A stretch of 64,000 nucleotides of DNA from positions 93,826-157,825 of the forward strand of contig CAVYQE010000010.1 of the NCBI GenBank assembly GCA_963770565.1, given 5' to 3'. The stretch is from an uncultured Actinomycetota bacterium (GTDB lineage Bacteria > Actinomycetota > Actinomycetes > JAFAQI01). The position numbers and the translations under genes were made by a program. Positions 10,380-20,818 of the stretch are shown piece by piece. Positions within the stretch are counted from its first letter, which is position 1; the number at the start of each line of letters is the position of its first letter. Below the pieces are notes generated by a model, which was not told where the DNA came from, made no database searches, and saw nothing but the letters and a program-made list of their open reading frames with translations.

Positions 10380-11189
10380 ATCGAGTCGCTGACGAACGCG
10401 AAGGTCGTCTCCGCGCGGGCCCTGCTCACCGCGAAGGGCCGATCGGCGGCTGGTGCCTTTCTCGTCGAGGGCCCGCACGCGGTCGGGGCCGCGCTGGCTG
10501 CGCCCGGCCGGCAGGTCCGCGAGCTGTTCGTTACGACCGATGCGGTTACGCGTGAATCGGCACTGGTCGACTCAGCGGCGCGCGCCGGCGTCGCGATCCG
10601 GCTGGTGAGCGAGCGGGTGCTGGGCGCGCTGCGCGACACGGTGACGCCGCAAGGCCTCGTCGCTGTCGTCGCGACACCGGTCGTTGATCTGGTCGATGCG
10701 TGTGCGGCTGCACCGCAGCTGATTGCCGTCCTCGACCAGGTCTCGGATCCCGGCAACGCCGGCACGGTGATCCGCACCGCGGACGCGGCCGGGGCGAGCG
10801 CGGTCGTGGTGTCGCGCGGTTCGGTCGACGTCTGGTCGGGCAAGTGTGTGCGGTCGAGCGCCGGCGGAGTGTTCCACCTTCCGGTCGTCACTGGCGTACC
10901 GACCGAAGCGGCCCTCACGCAGGCCAAGACGGCAGGCTGCACGGTGCTCGCCACCGCGGCCGACGGGACCACCGACCTGGACGACCTGATCGACTCCGGC
11001 CGGCTGGCCGGCCCGACCGCGTGGGTGTTCGGCAACGAGGCCCATGGCCTGCCGTCGGCGGTCCGAGACCTGGCCGACCACGTGGTCCGGTTGCCGATCT
11101 ACGGGCGGGCCGAGAGCCTCAACCTGGCGGCGACCGCGGCGATCTGTCTCTACGCGTCGGCGCGAGCAAGCCGCCGCGGTCTCCCGTAG
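10380..11189 (+). CDS. TrmH/SpoU-family RNA 2'-O-methyltransferase (TsnR-like); start codon unresolved
   Basis: Has a SpoU substrate-binding N-domain (FLVEGPHAV) and the methylase motifs NAGTVIRTADAAG, FGNEAHGL and ESLNLAATAAICLY. There is no ATG/GTG/TTG in frame between the rplT stop and about 10605. The start given is ATC 10380, chosen by analogy with homologue N-termini. Confidence 0.7.
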   Translation: MESLTNAKVVSARALLTAKGRSAAGAFLVEGPHAVGAALAAPGRQVRELFVTTDAVTRESALVDSAARAGVAIRLVSERVLGALRDTVTPQGLVAVVATPVVDLVDACAAAPQLIAVLDQVSDPGNAGTVIRTADAAGASAVVVSRGSVDVWSGKCVRSSAGGVFHLPVVTGVPTEAALTQAKTAGCTVLATAADGTTDLDDLIDSGRLAGPTAWVFGNEAHGLPSAVRDLADHVVRLPIYGRAESLNLAATAAICLYASARASRRGLP

Positions 11190-11216
11190 GCTTCGTCCGC
11201 GAGGCGAGGAGGGATC

Positions 11217-12278
11217 GTGCCGGATCGGCTCGAGGGCGGATCGCGGTACGACGACCTGCCGGATGCCGTCATCGTGGCCGACTCCACCGGCGTCGTCGTC
11301 GAGGTCAACTCCGCGGCCGTTCGCATCCTGGGCGCGCCTCGGGCCGACCTGCTCGGCCGGCCGCTCGCGGCCGCCGTACCGCTGGTCGACCAGCAGGGTC
11401 GCGACTGGTGGACCTGTACGCGACCGTTCGACGGGCTGGCCACCCGGGTCCGCCAGCCCGAGCGGCTGCTGGCGCTGACCCGGCCGGGCGCGCCCGACCT
11501 CGATGTGCTGGTGACCGCGTCGTTCGTCCGCGACGGCAACCGGCGGGTGAGCCGGCTCGTCGTGTGCTTGCGCGACACCGCGGCGCGCAGCCGCCGTGAG
11601 CGCAGCAGCAGCGAGCTCGTCACGGTCGTTGCCCACGAGCTCCGCTCGCCACTGACGAGCGTGAAGGGTTTCGCCGCGACCCTCCTGTCGAAGTGGGAGC
11701 GCTTCACCGAAGAGCAGCGGCTGCACATGCTTGAGACCATCAACCAGGACGCCGATCGGCTGAGCCGGCTGATCAGCGAGCTGCTGGACGTGTCGCGGAT
11801 CGAGACCGGATACCTCGAGCTCCACAAGCAGGTCATCGACCTGCCGGAGATCGTGCGACACGACGTCGCCGGGCGGGTCGCAGCCGGTGAGCCGGATGAC
11901 CGCTTCGTCGTCGTGGCCCACGACGAGCTGCACGAGCTGTGGGCCGATCCGGACAAGGCCGCGCAGGTGGTCGGCAACATCGTCGAGAATGCACTGCGAC
12001 ACGGCAGTGGCACGGTCACGATCACCATCGGTCCGGTGCCCGACGGCGTGACGGTCGAGGTGGTTGATGAGGGCGAGGGCATCGCGATCGAGGCGCTGCC
12101 AAGGATCTTCACCAAGTTCTGGCACGACGCCCGCCGCGGCGGGACCGGACTGGGTCTGTACATCGCGAAGGGGATCGTGGAGGCGCACGGCGGGACGATC
12201 TCGGCCGGGCGGGCCGAGACCGGTGGCGCGGCAGTGCGATTTACGCTGCCGCTGGGCACACCGGACTTCGCGGTCTGA
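11217..12278 (+). CDS. cytoplasmic PAS-domain sensor histidine kinase
   Basis: GGAGGG lies before GTG 11217. The protein has a PAS-like N-terminus, a HisKA H-box (VVAHELRSPLTSV) and HATPase N/G boxes (NALRHG, GTGLGLYIAKGIVEAHGG). No transmembrane segments were seen. Confidence 0.8.
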   Translation: MPDRLEGGSRYDDLPDAVIVADSTGVVVEVNSAAVRILGAPRADLLGRPLAAAVPLVDQQGRDWWTCTRPFDGLATRVRQPERLLALTRPGAPDLDVLVTASFVRDGNRRVSRLVVCLRDTAARSRRERSSSELVTVVAHELRSPLTSVKGFAATLLSKWERFTEEQRLHMLETINQDADRLSRLISELLDVSRIETGYLELHKQVIDLPEIVRHDVAGRVAAGEPDDRFVVVAHDELHELWADPDKAAQVVGNIVENALRHGSGTVTITIGPVPDGVTVEVVDEGEGIAIEALPRIFTKFWHDARRGGTGLGLYIAKGIVEAHGGTISAGRAETGGAAVRFTLPLGTPDFAV

Positions 12279-12349
12279 ACTGCTCGGCGGCGCACAGCCT
12301 GCCCCGGTGTCGACGACCGGCACCCTTAGACTTCGCGATCGAGGAAACC

Positions 12350-13459
12350 ATGGCTGGGCCCAGCGATTCATACGATCCCAAGGAAGTGGCTGCGCTGTCC
12401 GACGACGAGCTGACCGCCACTGTGGCGTCCGGCCGGGACGCGTTCGCCCAGGCCGCCGACCTTGCTGCCCTGACCGTGGCGCATACCGGCCACCTCGGTG
12501 CCCGCTCACCGATCGCGCTCGCCCGCCGAGAGCTCGGAGCGCTGCCACCGCAGGCGCGGGCCGACGCCGGCCGCCGGGTCAACGAAGCACTCGCGGCACT
12601 GACCGCGGCGTACGACGAACGGCGGGCGGCGCTCGAACGGGCCCGCGACGAACGGGTCCTCGTCGAGGAAGCCGTCGACGTCACGCTGCCCTGGGATCCG
12701 ACCCCGCCGGGCGGCCGGCACCCACTGACCCTCGTGCAAGAGCGGGTCGCAGACATCTTCGTCGGCATGGGATGGGAGGTGGCGGAGGGCCCGGAGGTCG
12801 AGGCCGAGTGGCTGAACTTCGACGCGCTCAACATCCCGCCGGCCCATCCCGCCCGCGAGACCCAGGACACGCTCTGGCTCGAGCCGCGCTCGAGTGGGGT
12901 GCTGCTGCGCACCCACACCTCTCCGGTCCAGATCCGTGCCCTGCTCGATCGCGGTGCGCCCTGTTATGTCGTCGTACCGGGCCGGGTCTACCGGCAGGAG
13001 GCGCTCGACGCGACGCACAGCCCGGTCTTCCATCAGGTCGAAGGGCTCGCGGTCGACGTAGGCCTCACGATGGCGCACCTGCGGGGCACCCTTGATCTGT
13101 TCGCCGAGTCGATGTTCGGGACCGGTGTGCGCACCCGGATCAGGCCGGACCACTACCCGTTCACCGAGCCGTCGGCCGATGTTGACCTGTTGTGCTGGGT
13201 CTGTCACGGCAGCTCGACCGAGCTCGGCGCCGAGCCGTGTCGCACCTGCCGGTCCGAGGGCTGGATCGAATGGGGCGGCAGCGGCATGGTCCACCCGGTC
13301 GTGCTGGCATCGGCCGGCATCGACCCGGAGCACTACAGCGGGTTCGCGTTCGGCATCGGGCTCGAACGCACCTTGATGTCCCGCCACGACCTCGGCGACA
13401 TCCGCGACCTGGTCGAGGGCGATGTGCGGGTCACCACCGCGCTGGGCCTGGAGGCATAG
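12350..13459 (+). CDS. pheS: phenylalanine--tRNA ligase alpha subunit
   Basis: Class II motifs FRxE-like (GRVYRQEALDATHSPVFHQVEG) and GFAFGIGLERT. Length is 369 aa. Confidence 0.92.
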   Translation: MAGPSDSYDPKEVAALSDDELTATVASGRDAFAQAADLAALTVAHTGHLGARSPIALARRELGALPPQARADAGRRVNEALAALTAAYDERRAALERARDERVLVEEAVDVTLPWDPTPPGGRHPLTLVQERVADIFVGMGWEVAEGPEVEAEWLNFDALNIPPAHPARETQDTLWLEPRSSGVLLRTHTSPVQIRALLDRGAPCYVVVPGRVYRQEALDATHSPVFHQVEGLAVDVGLTMAHLRGTLDLFAESMFGTGVRTRIRPDHYPFTEPSADVDLLCWVCHGSSTELGAEPCRTCRSEGWIEWGGSGMVHPVVLASAGIDPEHYSGFAFGIGLERTLMSRHDLGDIRDLVEGDVRVTTALGLEA

Positions 13460-15927
13460 TGCGGGTCCCGATCTCATGGTTGCGCGACCATGTCGACCTT
13501 CCGGACGTCGCCGCTCGCGACGTTGCCGACCGGCTTACTGCGGCCGGCCTGCAGGTCGAGCGGGTCGAGACGTTCGGTGCCGACATCAAGGGTGTCGTGG
13601 TCGCTCGGGTGCTGGAGTTCGAGGAGGTCACGGATGCGAGGAAGCCGATTCGTTGGGTCGGCCTGAACGACGGCACCAGCGATCGGCACGTGATCTGTGG
13701 TGCGACCAACTTCGCGGTGGGTGACCTGGTCGCCTATGCGCGCCCGCCGGCCACCCTCCCGGGCGGCTTCGAGATCAGCGCCCGCGAGGCCTATGACCAC
13801 CTGTCCGACGGCATGATCTGCTCCGGCCGGGAGCTCGGCATCTCGGACGACCATGACGGCATCCTCGTGCTGGATCCGGACCTGCCGCTCGGCAGCGACG
13901 TCGTCGAGGCGCTCGGCCTGCGCGACGACGTCCTCGACATCGCGATCAACCCGGACCGCGGATACGCCCTGTCGGTTCGGGGCGTGGCCCGTGAGGTCGC
14001 CACGTCCTACGGCGTGCCGCTGCGCGACCCGGCCGCGGTCGAGGTGCCGGCCGCGGACGGTGCGGCCTACCCGGTCGTGATCGAGGCGCCGGAGGGCTGC
14101 CGGCGGTACGTCGCTAGGACGCTGACCGGGCTACAGGCCGACGCGAGCAGCCCGGCCTGGCTGGCGCGACGGCTGGTGCTCGCCGGGATGCGACCGATCT
14201 CACTGATGGTCGACATCACCAACTACGTGATGCTCGACCTCGGCCAGCCGTTGCACGCCTTCGACCGGAACCGGCTGTCCGGACCGATCGTCGTTCGTTG
14301 GGCTGCGGCGGGCGAAACGCTCCGCACGCTTGACGACGTCGAGCGCACCTTGGACCCGCGCGATCTGGTGATCACCGACGACAGCGGCCCGATCGCGCTC
14401 GCCGGAGTCATGGGCGGGGCAGCGACGGAGATCCGGGCCGACACGACGGACGTCGTGCTCGAGGCGGCCAGCTTCGACCCGGTCACCGTCGCCTACACCG
14501 CGCGCCGGCAGCGACTCGGATCCGAGGCTTCGCGTCGGTTCGAGCGCGGAGTCGACGACGACCTGGCCCCGTCGGCCGCGCAGGTGGCGCTGACCATGAT
14601 GGCGGACCTCGGCGCGGCCACGCCGTCTGGCTCGGTCACCGACGTCGACCAGCGGCTGCCCCAGGCCTCGATCGAGATCGAGGTCAACCTCCCTGGCCGG
14701 GTGGCCGGTATCAGCTACTCCGAGGACACCGTGGCGCGACGGTTGCGCGACGTGGGGTGCACCGTGACCGCGACCGAAGGGCGGCTCGACGTGATCCCGC
14801 CGTCGTGGCGGCCGGACCTGCGGATCCCGGCCGACCTGGTCGAGGAGGTGGTGCGCCTCGAGGGGTACGACGCGCTGCCGTCGATCGTTCCGACGCCGCC
14901 AGCGGGACACGGGCTGACCCGGCCGCAGCGCCTGCGCCGTCACATCGGCCGGGCGCTCGCGGATGCGGGCTATGTCGAGGTGCTGAGCCCACCGTTCGTC
15001 GATCAGGGTGTGGGTGATCGGTTGCAGCTCGAGCCCGGCGACCCGCGCTGGCCGTCCGTGCGGGTGGCGAACCCGGTGTCGGACGAGGAGCCGTTCCTGC
15101 GGACCACGTTGCTGCCCGGGCTGTTCGCGGCCGCCGCGCGCAACGTCGGGCGCGGCCTGACCGACATCGCGTTGTTCGAGGCCGGCCCGGTGTTCCGGCG
15201 CCGGCCCGACGGCGAGCGGCTCGGCCCGGCGCTTCCGTCGCTTCCGGTCGGCGCCCGGCCAAGTGCGGACGAGCTCGCAGCGCTCGACGCCGCCCTGCCC
15301 GATCAGCCGAACCGGGTCGCGGCCGTGCTGACCGGGGAGCGCGAGCGGGCCGGATGGTGGGGGCCGGGGCGCGCCGCGAGCTGGCCCGATGCGATCGCGG
15401 CTGCTGTCTCACTGGCCGCCTCGATCGGGATCGAGGTCGAGGTCAGTGCCGACCGGCACGCGCCGTTCCATCCGGGCCGGTGCGCGGTGCTGCGGGTCGG
15501 CGAGACCCTGCTCGGTCATGCCGGCGAGCTGCATCCGCGGGTGGTCGAGGCGTGCGAGCTGCCGCCACGGACCTGCGCGATGGAGATCTCCCTCGACGTA
15601 CTGATCGAGAGCGCGCCGGGGGTCCCCGCGGCGCCGATCGTCTCGGCGTACCCGCCGGCGACCCTCGACGTCGCGGTCGTCGTCGCGGCCGATCTGCCGA
15701 GCGCAGAGGTCGCCGCCGCCCTTCGCGCCGGCGCGGGGGAGCTGCTGGAGTCGATCCGGCTCTTCGACGTCTACACCGGCGACCAGGTCGGTGTCGGGCG
15801 CAAGTCGCTCGCCTTCACGCTCCGGCTGCGAGCTGCGGATCGGACCCTCACCGCCGCGGAGGCCGCCAGGGTGCGCGATGCCGCAGTTGCTGAGGCGGCC
15901 CGCCGGCACGGTGCGGTCCTGCGGTAG
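13459..15927 (+). CDS. pheT: phenylalanine--tRNA ligase beta subunit
   Basis: GTG 13459 overlaps the pheS TAG by 1 nt. The N-terminus VRVPISWLRDHVDL is canonical for PheT, and B3/4 and B5 regions follow. The track ORF starting at 13192 was rejected. Confidence 0.9.
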   Translation: MRVPISWLRDHVDLPDVAARDVADRLTAAGLQVERVETFGADIKGVVVARVLEFEEVTDARKPIRWVGLNDGTSDRHVICGATNFAVGDLVAYARPPATLPGGFEISAREAYDHLSDGMICSGRELGISDDHDGILVLDPDLPLGSDVVEALGLRDDVLDIAINPDRGYALSVRGVAREVATSYGVPLRDPAAVEVPAADGAAYPVVIEAPEGCRRYVARTLTGLQADASSPAWLARRLVLAGMRPISLMVDITNYVMLDLGQPLHAFDRNRLSGPIVVRWAAAGETLRTLDDVERTLDPRDLVITDDSGPIALAGVMGGAATEIRADTTDVVLEAASFDPVTVAYTARRQRLGSEASRRFERGVDDDLAPSAAQVALTMMADLGAATPSGSVTDVDQRLPQASIEIEVNLPGRVAGISYSEDTVARRLRDVGCTVTATEGRLDVIPPSWRPDLRIPADLVEEVVRLEGYDALPSIVPTPPAGHGLTRPQRLRRHIGRALADAGYVEVLSPPFVDQGVGDRLQLEPGDPRWPSVRVANPVSDEEPFLRTTLLPGLFAAAARNVGRGLTDIALFEAGPVFRRRPDGERLGPALPSLPVGARPSADELAALDAALPDQPNRVAAVLTGERERAGWWGPGRAASWPDAIAAAVSLAASIGIEVEVSADRHAPFHPGRCAVLRVGETLLGHAGELHPRVVEACELPPRTCAMEISLDVLIESAPGVPAAPIVSAYPPATLDVAVVVAADLPSAEVAAALRAGAGELLESIRLFDVYTGDQVGVGRKSLAFTLRLRAADRTLTAAEAARVRDAAVAEAARRHGAVLR

Positions 15928-15967
15928 CCCATTTCCCCGGCGCCGCGACATAACTACTCGTACGACC

Positions 15968-15998
15968 GCATGATCATGCAGTATTATTCGATGCATGG
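15968..15998 (+). promoter_or_regulatory. putative ArgR operator (tandem ARG-box-like sites) with an embedded -10-like TATTAT
   Basis: This is the only AT-rich patch between pheT and argC. It holds a perfect 12-bp palindrome GCATGATCATGC (15968-15979), then TATTATTCGATGCAT. The TGCAT/ATGCA half-sites resemble actinobacterial ARG boxes, and the patch overlaps the argC ATG. Confidence 0.5.
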
Positions 15999-17023
15999 GG
16001 ATCCGGGCCGCGGTCGTCGGCGCGAGCGGCTATGCCGGCGGCGAGCTGCTGCGCCTGCTTGACGCGCACCCGACCCTCGAGCTCGGCGCCCTGGTGGCTG
16101 CGACGAACGCGGGCAAGCGCCTCGGCGACGTCCATCCGCAGTTGGTCTCGATGGCCGACTTGCCGCTGCTCGACCTCGACGCTGCCGATCTGGATGCGGC
16201 CGACGTCGTGTTTCTGGCGATGCCGCACGGCGCCTCGGCGCAGATCGCCTCCGCGTTGGGTGCGGACTCGATCGTGGTGGACCTCGGCGCCGACTTCCGG
16301 CTCGCCGACCCGGCCGCCTGGCAGCGGTGGTATCCCGGTGAGCACGCGGGGACCTGGCCGTACGGCCTGCCCGAGCTGCCCGGCGCCCGCGAGCGTTTGG
16401 CCGGCGCGACCCGGGTGGCCAATCCCGGCTGTTACGCCACCGCGGTCGCGCTCGGGCTGGCGCCGTTGCTCGCGGCTGATCTGGTCGAAGCCGACGACCT
16501 CGTCGTGGTGGCGGCGAGCGGCACGACCGGCGCCGGCCGGGTGCCTGCGGTCAACTTGCTAGCGAGCGAGGTGATGGCCGACGTCACGCCGTACAGGGTG
16601 GCCGGCAGCCATCAGCACCTGGGCGAGATGCGGCAGGCCCTGAGCGCGGTGGCCGGCGCCGAGGTCTCGATGTCGTTCACCCCGTTGCTGGTGCCGATGT
16701 CGCGCGGCATCCTGGCCACCTGCACGGCGACAGTGCGTGCCGGAGTCGATGCCGGTCAGCTTCGCGAGGCGTACGCGGCGTACGACGACGAGCGGTTCGT
16801 GACCCTGCTGCCACCGGATCGCTGGCCGCGGACCGCCGCGGCAACCGGATCCAACAGCGCGCATCTGCAGGTGGCGCTCGATGCCGATGCCGGCCGCGCC
16901 GTCGTTGCCGTTGCGATCGACAACCTCGGCAAGGGAGCAGCCGGTCAGGCCGTGCAGAACGCGAACCTGCTGCTCGGGCTTGATGAGACTGCCGGGTTGA
17001 GCAGCAACGGGGTAGGGCAGTGA
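15995..17023 (+). CDS. argC: N-acetyl-gamma-glutamyl-phosphate reductase
   Basis: Has the AVVGASGYAGGELLRLL N-terminus and the active-site motif NPGCYAT. Confidence 0.92.
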   Translation: MGIRAAVVGASGYAGGELLRLLDAHPTLELGALVAATNAGKRLGDVHPQLVSMADLPLLDLDAADLDAADVVFLAMPHGASAQIASALGADSIVVDLGADFRLADPAAWQRWYPGEHAGTWPYGLPELPGARERLAGATRVANPGCYATAVALGLAPLLAADLVEADDLVVVAASGTTGAGRVPAVNLLASEVMADVTPYRVAGSHQHLGEMRQALSAVAGAEVSMSFTPLLVPMSRGILATCTATVRAGVDAGQLREAYAAYDDERFVTLLPPDRWPRTAAATGSNSAHLQVALDADAGRAVVAVAIDNLGKGAAGQAVQNANLLLGLDETAGLSSNGVGQ

Positions 17024-18168
17024 GCATCACCGCACCGGGTGGCTTCCGCGCTGCCGGTGTCGCGGCCGGCCTGAAGGACGGGGAGCTCGACCTCGCGCTC
17101 GTGGTCAACGACGGGCCGCTCGACGCAGCGGCGGGCGTGTTCACGGCGAACCGGGTCAAGGCCGCGCCGGTGCTCTGGTCCGAGCAGGTCCTGCAGGGCG
17201 GGCGGGTGCGCGCGGTCGTGCTGAACGCCAAATATGCCAATGCCTGCACCGGACCGGTCGGCTTTGCGGTCACCCATTCCACTGCCGAGGCGGTCGGCGC
17301 GGCACTTGGAGTCGGCGCCGGCGAGGTCGCGGTCTGCTCCACCGGCAAGATCGGTGAGCCGCCACCTCTCGCCGCGCTGACCAAGGGGGTGGTCGAGGCG
17401 GCGGCACAGCTTTCCGCTGACGGCGGTGCCGACGCGGCTGCGGCGATCCTGACCACCGATACAGTCACCAAGCAGGTCCTCATCAGCAGCGACGGCTGGA
17501 GTGTCGGCGGCATGGCGAAGGGCGCCGCGATGCTCGCGCCAGCTCTCGCCACCATGCTGTGCGTCCTCACGACGGACGCCGTCGTCGACTCCGCCGGACT
17601 CGACCGAGCATTGCGCGAGGCGACCCGTGTGACCTTCGACCGGATCGACTCAGACGGCTGCATGTCGACCAACGACACCGTCCTGTTGCTCGCGAGCGGT
17701 GCCTCGGGCCTGACTCCGAACCCGGATGTCTTCGCCTCGGCGGTGGAGGCCGCGTGTGCAGGCCTGGCTCGCCAGCTGCTCGCCGATGCGGAGGGCGCCA
17801 GCAAGGACGTCGCGATCGAGGTGATCGGTGCCTCCTCCGAGACCGACGCGCTCGAGGTCGCCCGCGCGGTGTCGCGCAGCAACCTGCTCAAGTGCGCCCT
17901 GCACGGCGAGGACCCCAACTGGGGCCGGATCCTCGCCGCGGTCGGCACGACCACAGCCGCCTTCGACCCGTTGGCGCTCGACGCCGCGATCAATGGAGTG
18001 TGGGTGTGTCGTGACAGCGCACCGGGCGAGGACGTCAGCACCGTCGACCTCTCCGGTCGCGAGGTCCGGCTCACCGTCGATCTGCGGGTCGGCTCGGCCT
18101 CGGCGACGGTGTGGAGCAACGACCTGACCGCGGCGTACGTCCACGAGAACTCGGCGTACTCCACATGA
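17020..18168 (+). CDS. argJ: bifunctional glutamate N-acetyltransferase / amino-acid acetyltransferase
   Basis: Contains the autoprocessing motif [11 protein letters not shown]. The start overlaps the argC stop. Confidence 0.92.
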   Translation: MSITAPGGFRAAGVAAGLKDGELDLALVVNDGPLDAAAGVFTANRVKAAPVLWSEQVLQGGRVRAVVLNAKYANACTGPVGFAVTHSTAEAVGAALGVGAGEVAVCSTGKIGEPPPLAALTKGVVEAAAQLSADGGADAAAAILTTDTVTKQVLISSDGWSVGGMAKGAAMLAPALATMLCVLTTDAVVDSAGLDRALREATRVTFDRIDSDGCMSTNDTVLLLASGASGLTPNPDVFASAVEAACAGLARQLLADAEGASKDVAIEVIGASSETDALEVARAVSRSNLLKCALHGEDPNWGRILAAVGTTTAAFDPLALDAAINGVWVCRDSAPGEDVSTVDLSGREVRLTVDLRVGSASATVWSNDLTAAYVHENSAYST

Positions 18169-19043
18169 CCCGGCTGACCGAGCGCCAGGCAACGGCGACC
18201 GCCCTAGTCGAGGCCCTGCCGTGGCTCGAGCGCTTCCACGGCCGGACGATCGTGGTGAAGTACGGCGGCAACGCGATGACCGACGACGCGCTCCGCGAGT
18301 CGTTTGCCGAGGACGTGGTCTTCCTTCGTTACGCCGGCATCCGGGTGGTCGTGGTCCACGGCGGCGGACCGCAGATCGACGCGCACCTCGACCGGCTCGG
18401 AATTGAGACGACCTTCGCCGGCGGCTTGCGCGTGACGACGCCGGAAACCATGACGGTGGTCCGGATGGTTCTGGTCGGACAGGTGCAACGCGAGATCGTC
18501 GGCTTGCTCAACGCGCACGGGCCGTTCGCGGTCGGCCTGTCCGGCGAGGACGGCAGGCTGATGACCGCGACCCGGCGGCCGGGCGTCGTGGACGGTGAGG
18601 AGATCGACATCGGCCTGGTCGGCGACGTCGTACACGTCGATGCCGGGGTCATCAACGGCCTGCTTGCCGATGGAAGAATCCCCGTTGTTGCCAGTGTCTG
18701 TCGCGGTGCAGACGGCGAGGTCTACAACGTCAACGCCGATACCGCAGCCGCTGCGATTGCGGTCGCGGTCAGCGCCGAGAAGCTGGTCGTCCTCACCGAC
18801 GTCGAGGGCTTGTACGTCGACTGGCCGGCCAGCAACGAGGTGATCAGCCGGCTCACCGCCGCCGAGCTCGAGGCGAAGCTGCCGACGCTGTCCGACGGCA
18901 TGGTCCCGAAGATGGAGGCCTGCCTGCGCGCGGTGCACGGCGGCGTTCCGGACGCCCATGTCGTCGACGGCCGGGTCCCGCACGCATTGCTCCTGGAGAT
19001 CCTGACCGACTCGGGGGTCGGAACGATGGTGAGTGCCGGATGA
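18165..19043 (+). CDS. argB: acetylglutamate kinase
   Basis: ATG 18165 (ATGA overlap with argJ). Contains the [11 protein letters not shown] and [10 protein letters not shown] motifs. Confidence 0.92.
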   Translation: MTRLTERQATATALVEALPWLERFHGRTIVVKYGGNAMTDDALRESFAEDVVFLRYAGIRVVVVHGGGPQIDAHLDRLGIETTFAGGLRVTTPETMTVVRMVLVGQVQREIVGLLNAHGPFAVGLSGEDGRLMTATRRPGVVDGEEIDIGLVGDVVHVDAGVINGLLADGRIPVVASVCRGADGEVYNVNADTAAAAIAVAVSAEKLVVLTDVEGLYVDWPASNEVISRLTAAELEAKLPTLSDGMVPKMEACLRAVHGGVPDAHVVDGRVPHALLLEILTDSGVGTMVSAG

Positions 19044-20248
19044 GCGCGACGTCGGAGCTTCAGGCGCGGTGGGACGCGGTGATGATGGCCAACTACGGCA
19101 CCCCGCCGGTCGCGATCGCGCATGGTCATGGCTGTCGGGTGACCGACGTCGACGGCCGCGACTACCTCGATCTGATCGCCGGGATCGCGGTGTCATCGCT
19201 CGGTCACGCGCACCCTGCCGTCGTGGCGGCCGTGACCGACCAGGTTGCGACCCTCGCGCACAGCTCGAACCTGTTCATCAACACCCCCGCGGTCCGCCTC
19301 GCCGAGCGGCTGGTCGACCTGCTCGGCGTGACCGGCAACGCGAAGGTGTTCCTCTGCAACGACGGCGCGACCGCGAACGAGGCGGCGCTCAAGACCGTGC
19401 TTCGCGCGCGACCGGGACGTCGCAGGTTCGTCGCGACCGAAGGCTGCTTCCACGGCCGGACGCTCGGGATCCTCGCGCTGACCAGCAAGGCGTCGTACCG
19501 TGAGCCGTTCGAGCCGTTCGGCCTCGACTCGGCGTTCGTCCCATACGGCGACCTCGACGCACTCGCCCGTGCCGTCGACGACAGCACGGCGGCAGTCTTC
19601 CTCGAGCCGATCCTCGGTGAGGCAGGGGTGATCCCGCCGCCGGCCGGCTATCTCGAAGCGGCCCGCGCGATCTGCGACTCGGCGGACGCGCTGCTGGTTG
19701 TCGACGAGGTGCAAAGCGGGATCGGCCGGACCGGTCGCTGGTTCGCGCACCAGGACGAGGCGGTGACCCCCGATCTTGTGACGGTTGCGAAAGGTCTCGG
19801 CGGAGGCCTGCCGATCGGTGCTTGTGTCGCGATCGGCGAGGTGGCCGGCGCGCTCCGCAAGGGCGATCACGGCTCGACGTTCGGTGGCAACCCGGTGTCG
19901 TGCGCGGCAGCACTTGCGGTCATCGAGACGATCTCCTCCGACGGTCTGCTCGACCACGTCAGGACGCTCGGCGCGCAGTGGCAGGCCGAGCTTGCCGCCG
20001 TACCATCGCCGCTGTTCACCGGGGTCCGCGGCCGGGGTCTATGGCTCGGCTTGGCGGTCGCGGCCGGATCGGCGCCCGCAATCGAGGCAACCGCTCGGGA
20101 GCACGGCTTCCTGGTCAATGCGACCGGTCCCGACGCGATCCGGCTCGCCCCACCGCTCGTGCTCACTCGAGCGGAGGCACGGTCGTTCACCGAGGCGCTG
20201 CCGGCGATCCTCGAGGCGGCCGCGGACGCGGCTAGGTTGAGCGCGTGA
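19040..20248 (+). CDS. argD: acetylornithine aminotransferase
   Basis: Class III PLP aminotransferase fold with [11 protein letters not shown] and [13 protein letters not shown] (PLP lysine) motifs. Confidence 0.9.
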   Translation: MSATSELQARWDAVMMANYGTPPVAIAHGHGCRVTDVDGRDYLDLIAGIAVSSLGHAHPAVVAAVTDQVATLAHSSNLFINTPAVRLAERLVDLLGVTGNAKVFLCNDGATANEAALKTVLRARPGRRRFVATEGCFHGRTLGILALTSKASYREPFEPFGLDSAFVPYGDLDALARAVDDSTAAVFLEPILGEAGVIPPPAGYLEAARAICDSADALLVVDEVQSGIGRTGRWFAHQDEAVTPDLVTVAKGLGGGLPIGACVAIGEVAGALRKGDHGSTFGGNPVSCAAALAVIETISSDGLLDHVRTLGAQWQAELAAVPSPLFTGVRGRGLWLGLAVAAGSAPAIEATAREHGFLVNATGPDAIRLAPPLVLTRAEARSFTEALPAILEAAADAARLSA

Positions 20249-20784
20249 TGAGCACCGATCACGGCAGCCCGGTCGCGCCCAAGCGCACGTCGCCGACCGC
20301 GCCGCACAGTAAGGCCGCCCGCCAGGCGCGGATCGCCGCCCTCATCGCCGCGCACGATGTGCACTCCCAGACCCAGCTGGTCGAGTTGCTCGCGGCGGAC
20401 CGGGTCGACGTCACCCAGGCCACGCTGTCCCGCGACCTAGAAGAGATGGGAGCAGTGAAGGTGCGCCGAACCGGCGTTGGCACCGTCTATGCGGTCAGCG
20501 AGGAGGCGCCCGGGCCGTCGTTGCGAGCGCTCGCTGACGTGACCGAGGGCCGGGTCTCGCGGCTCGCGGCCGAGCTGGTCATCTCGGTCGACGCCAGCGC
20601 CAACCTGGTCGTGGTCCGCACGCCGCCCGGCGGCGCGCACCTGCTCGCATCCGCCATCGACCGGAGCGCATTGGTCGACGTCATCGGCACGATCGCGGGC
20701 GACGACACAGTGCTGCTCGTGACCCGAGATCCGAAGGGCGGCCGGCGAGTCGCCGACCGGCTGGTCGACATGGCCGGTAGCTGA
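20245..20784 (+). CDS. argR: arginine repressor
   Basis: Winged-helix N-terminus ([28 protein letters not shown]) and an ArgR C-domain ([12 protein letters not shown]). Confidence 0.9.
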   Translation: MMSTDHGSPVAPKRTSPTAPHSKAARQARIAALIAAHDVHSQTQLVELLAADRVDVTQATLSRDLEEMGAVKVRRTGVGTVYAVSEEAPGPSLRALADVTEGRVSRLAAELVISVDASANLVVVRTPPGGAHLLASAIDRSALVDVIGTIAGDDTVLLVTRDPKGGRRVADRLVDMAGS

Positions 20785-20818
20785 ACCACCTACAACCTCT
20801 GACAGGAGCATCACCCCG

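Noticed and set aside
12279-12349. Possible T-box or leader upstream of pheS (and of tyrS).
   Set aside because: The spacer is too short for a T-box, no specifier or T-box sequence was seen, and tyrS has no upstream spacer at all.
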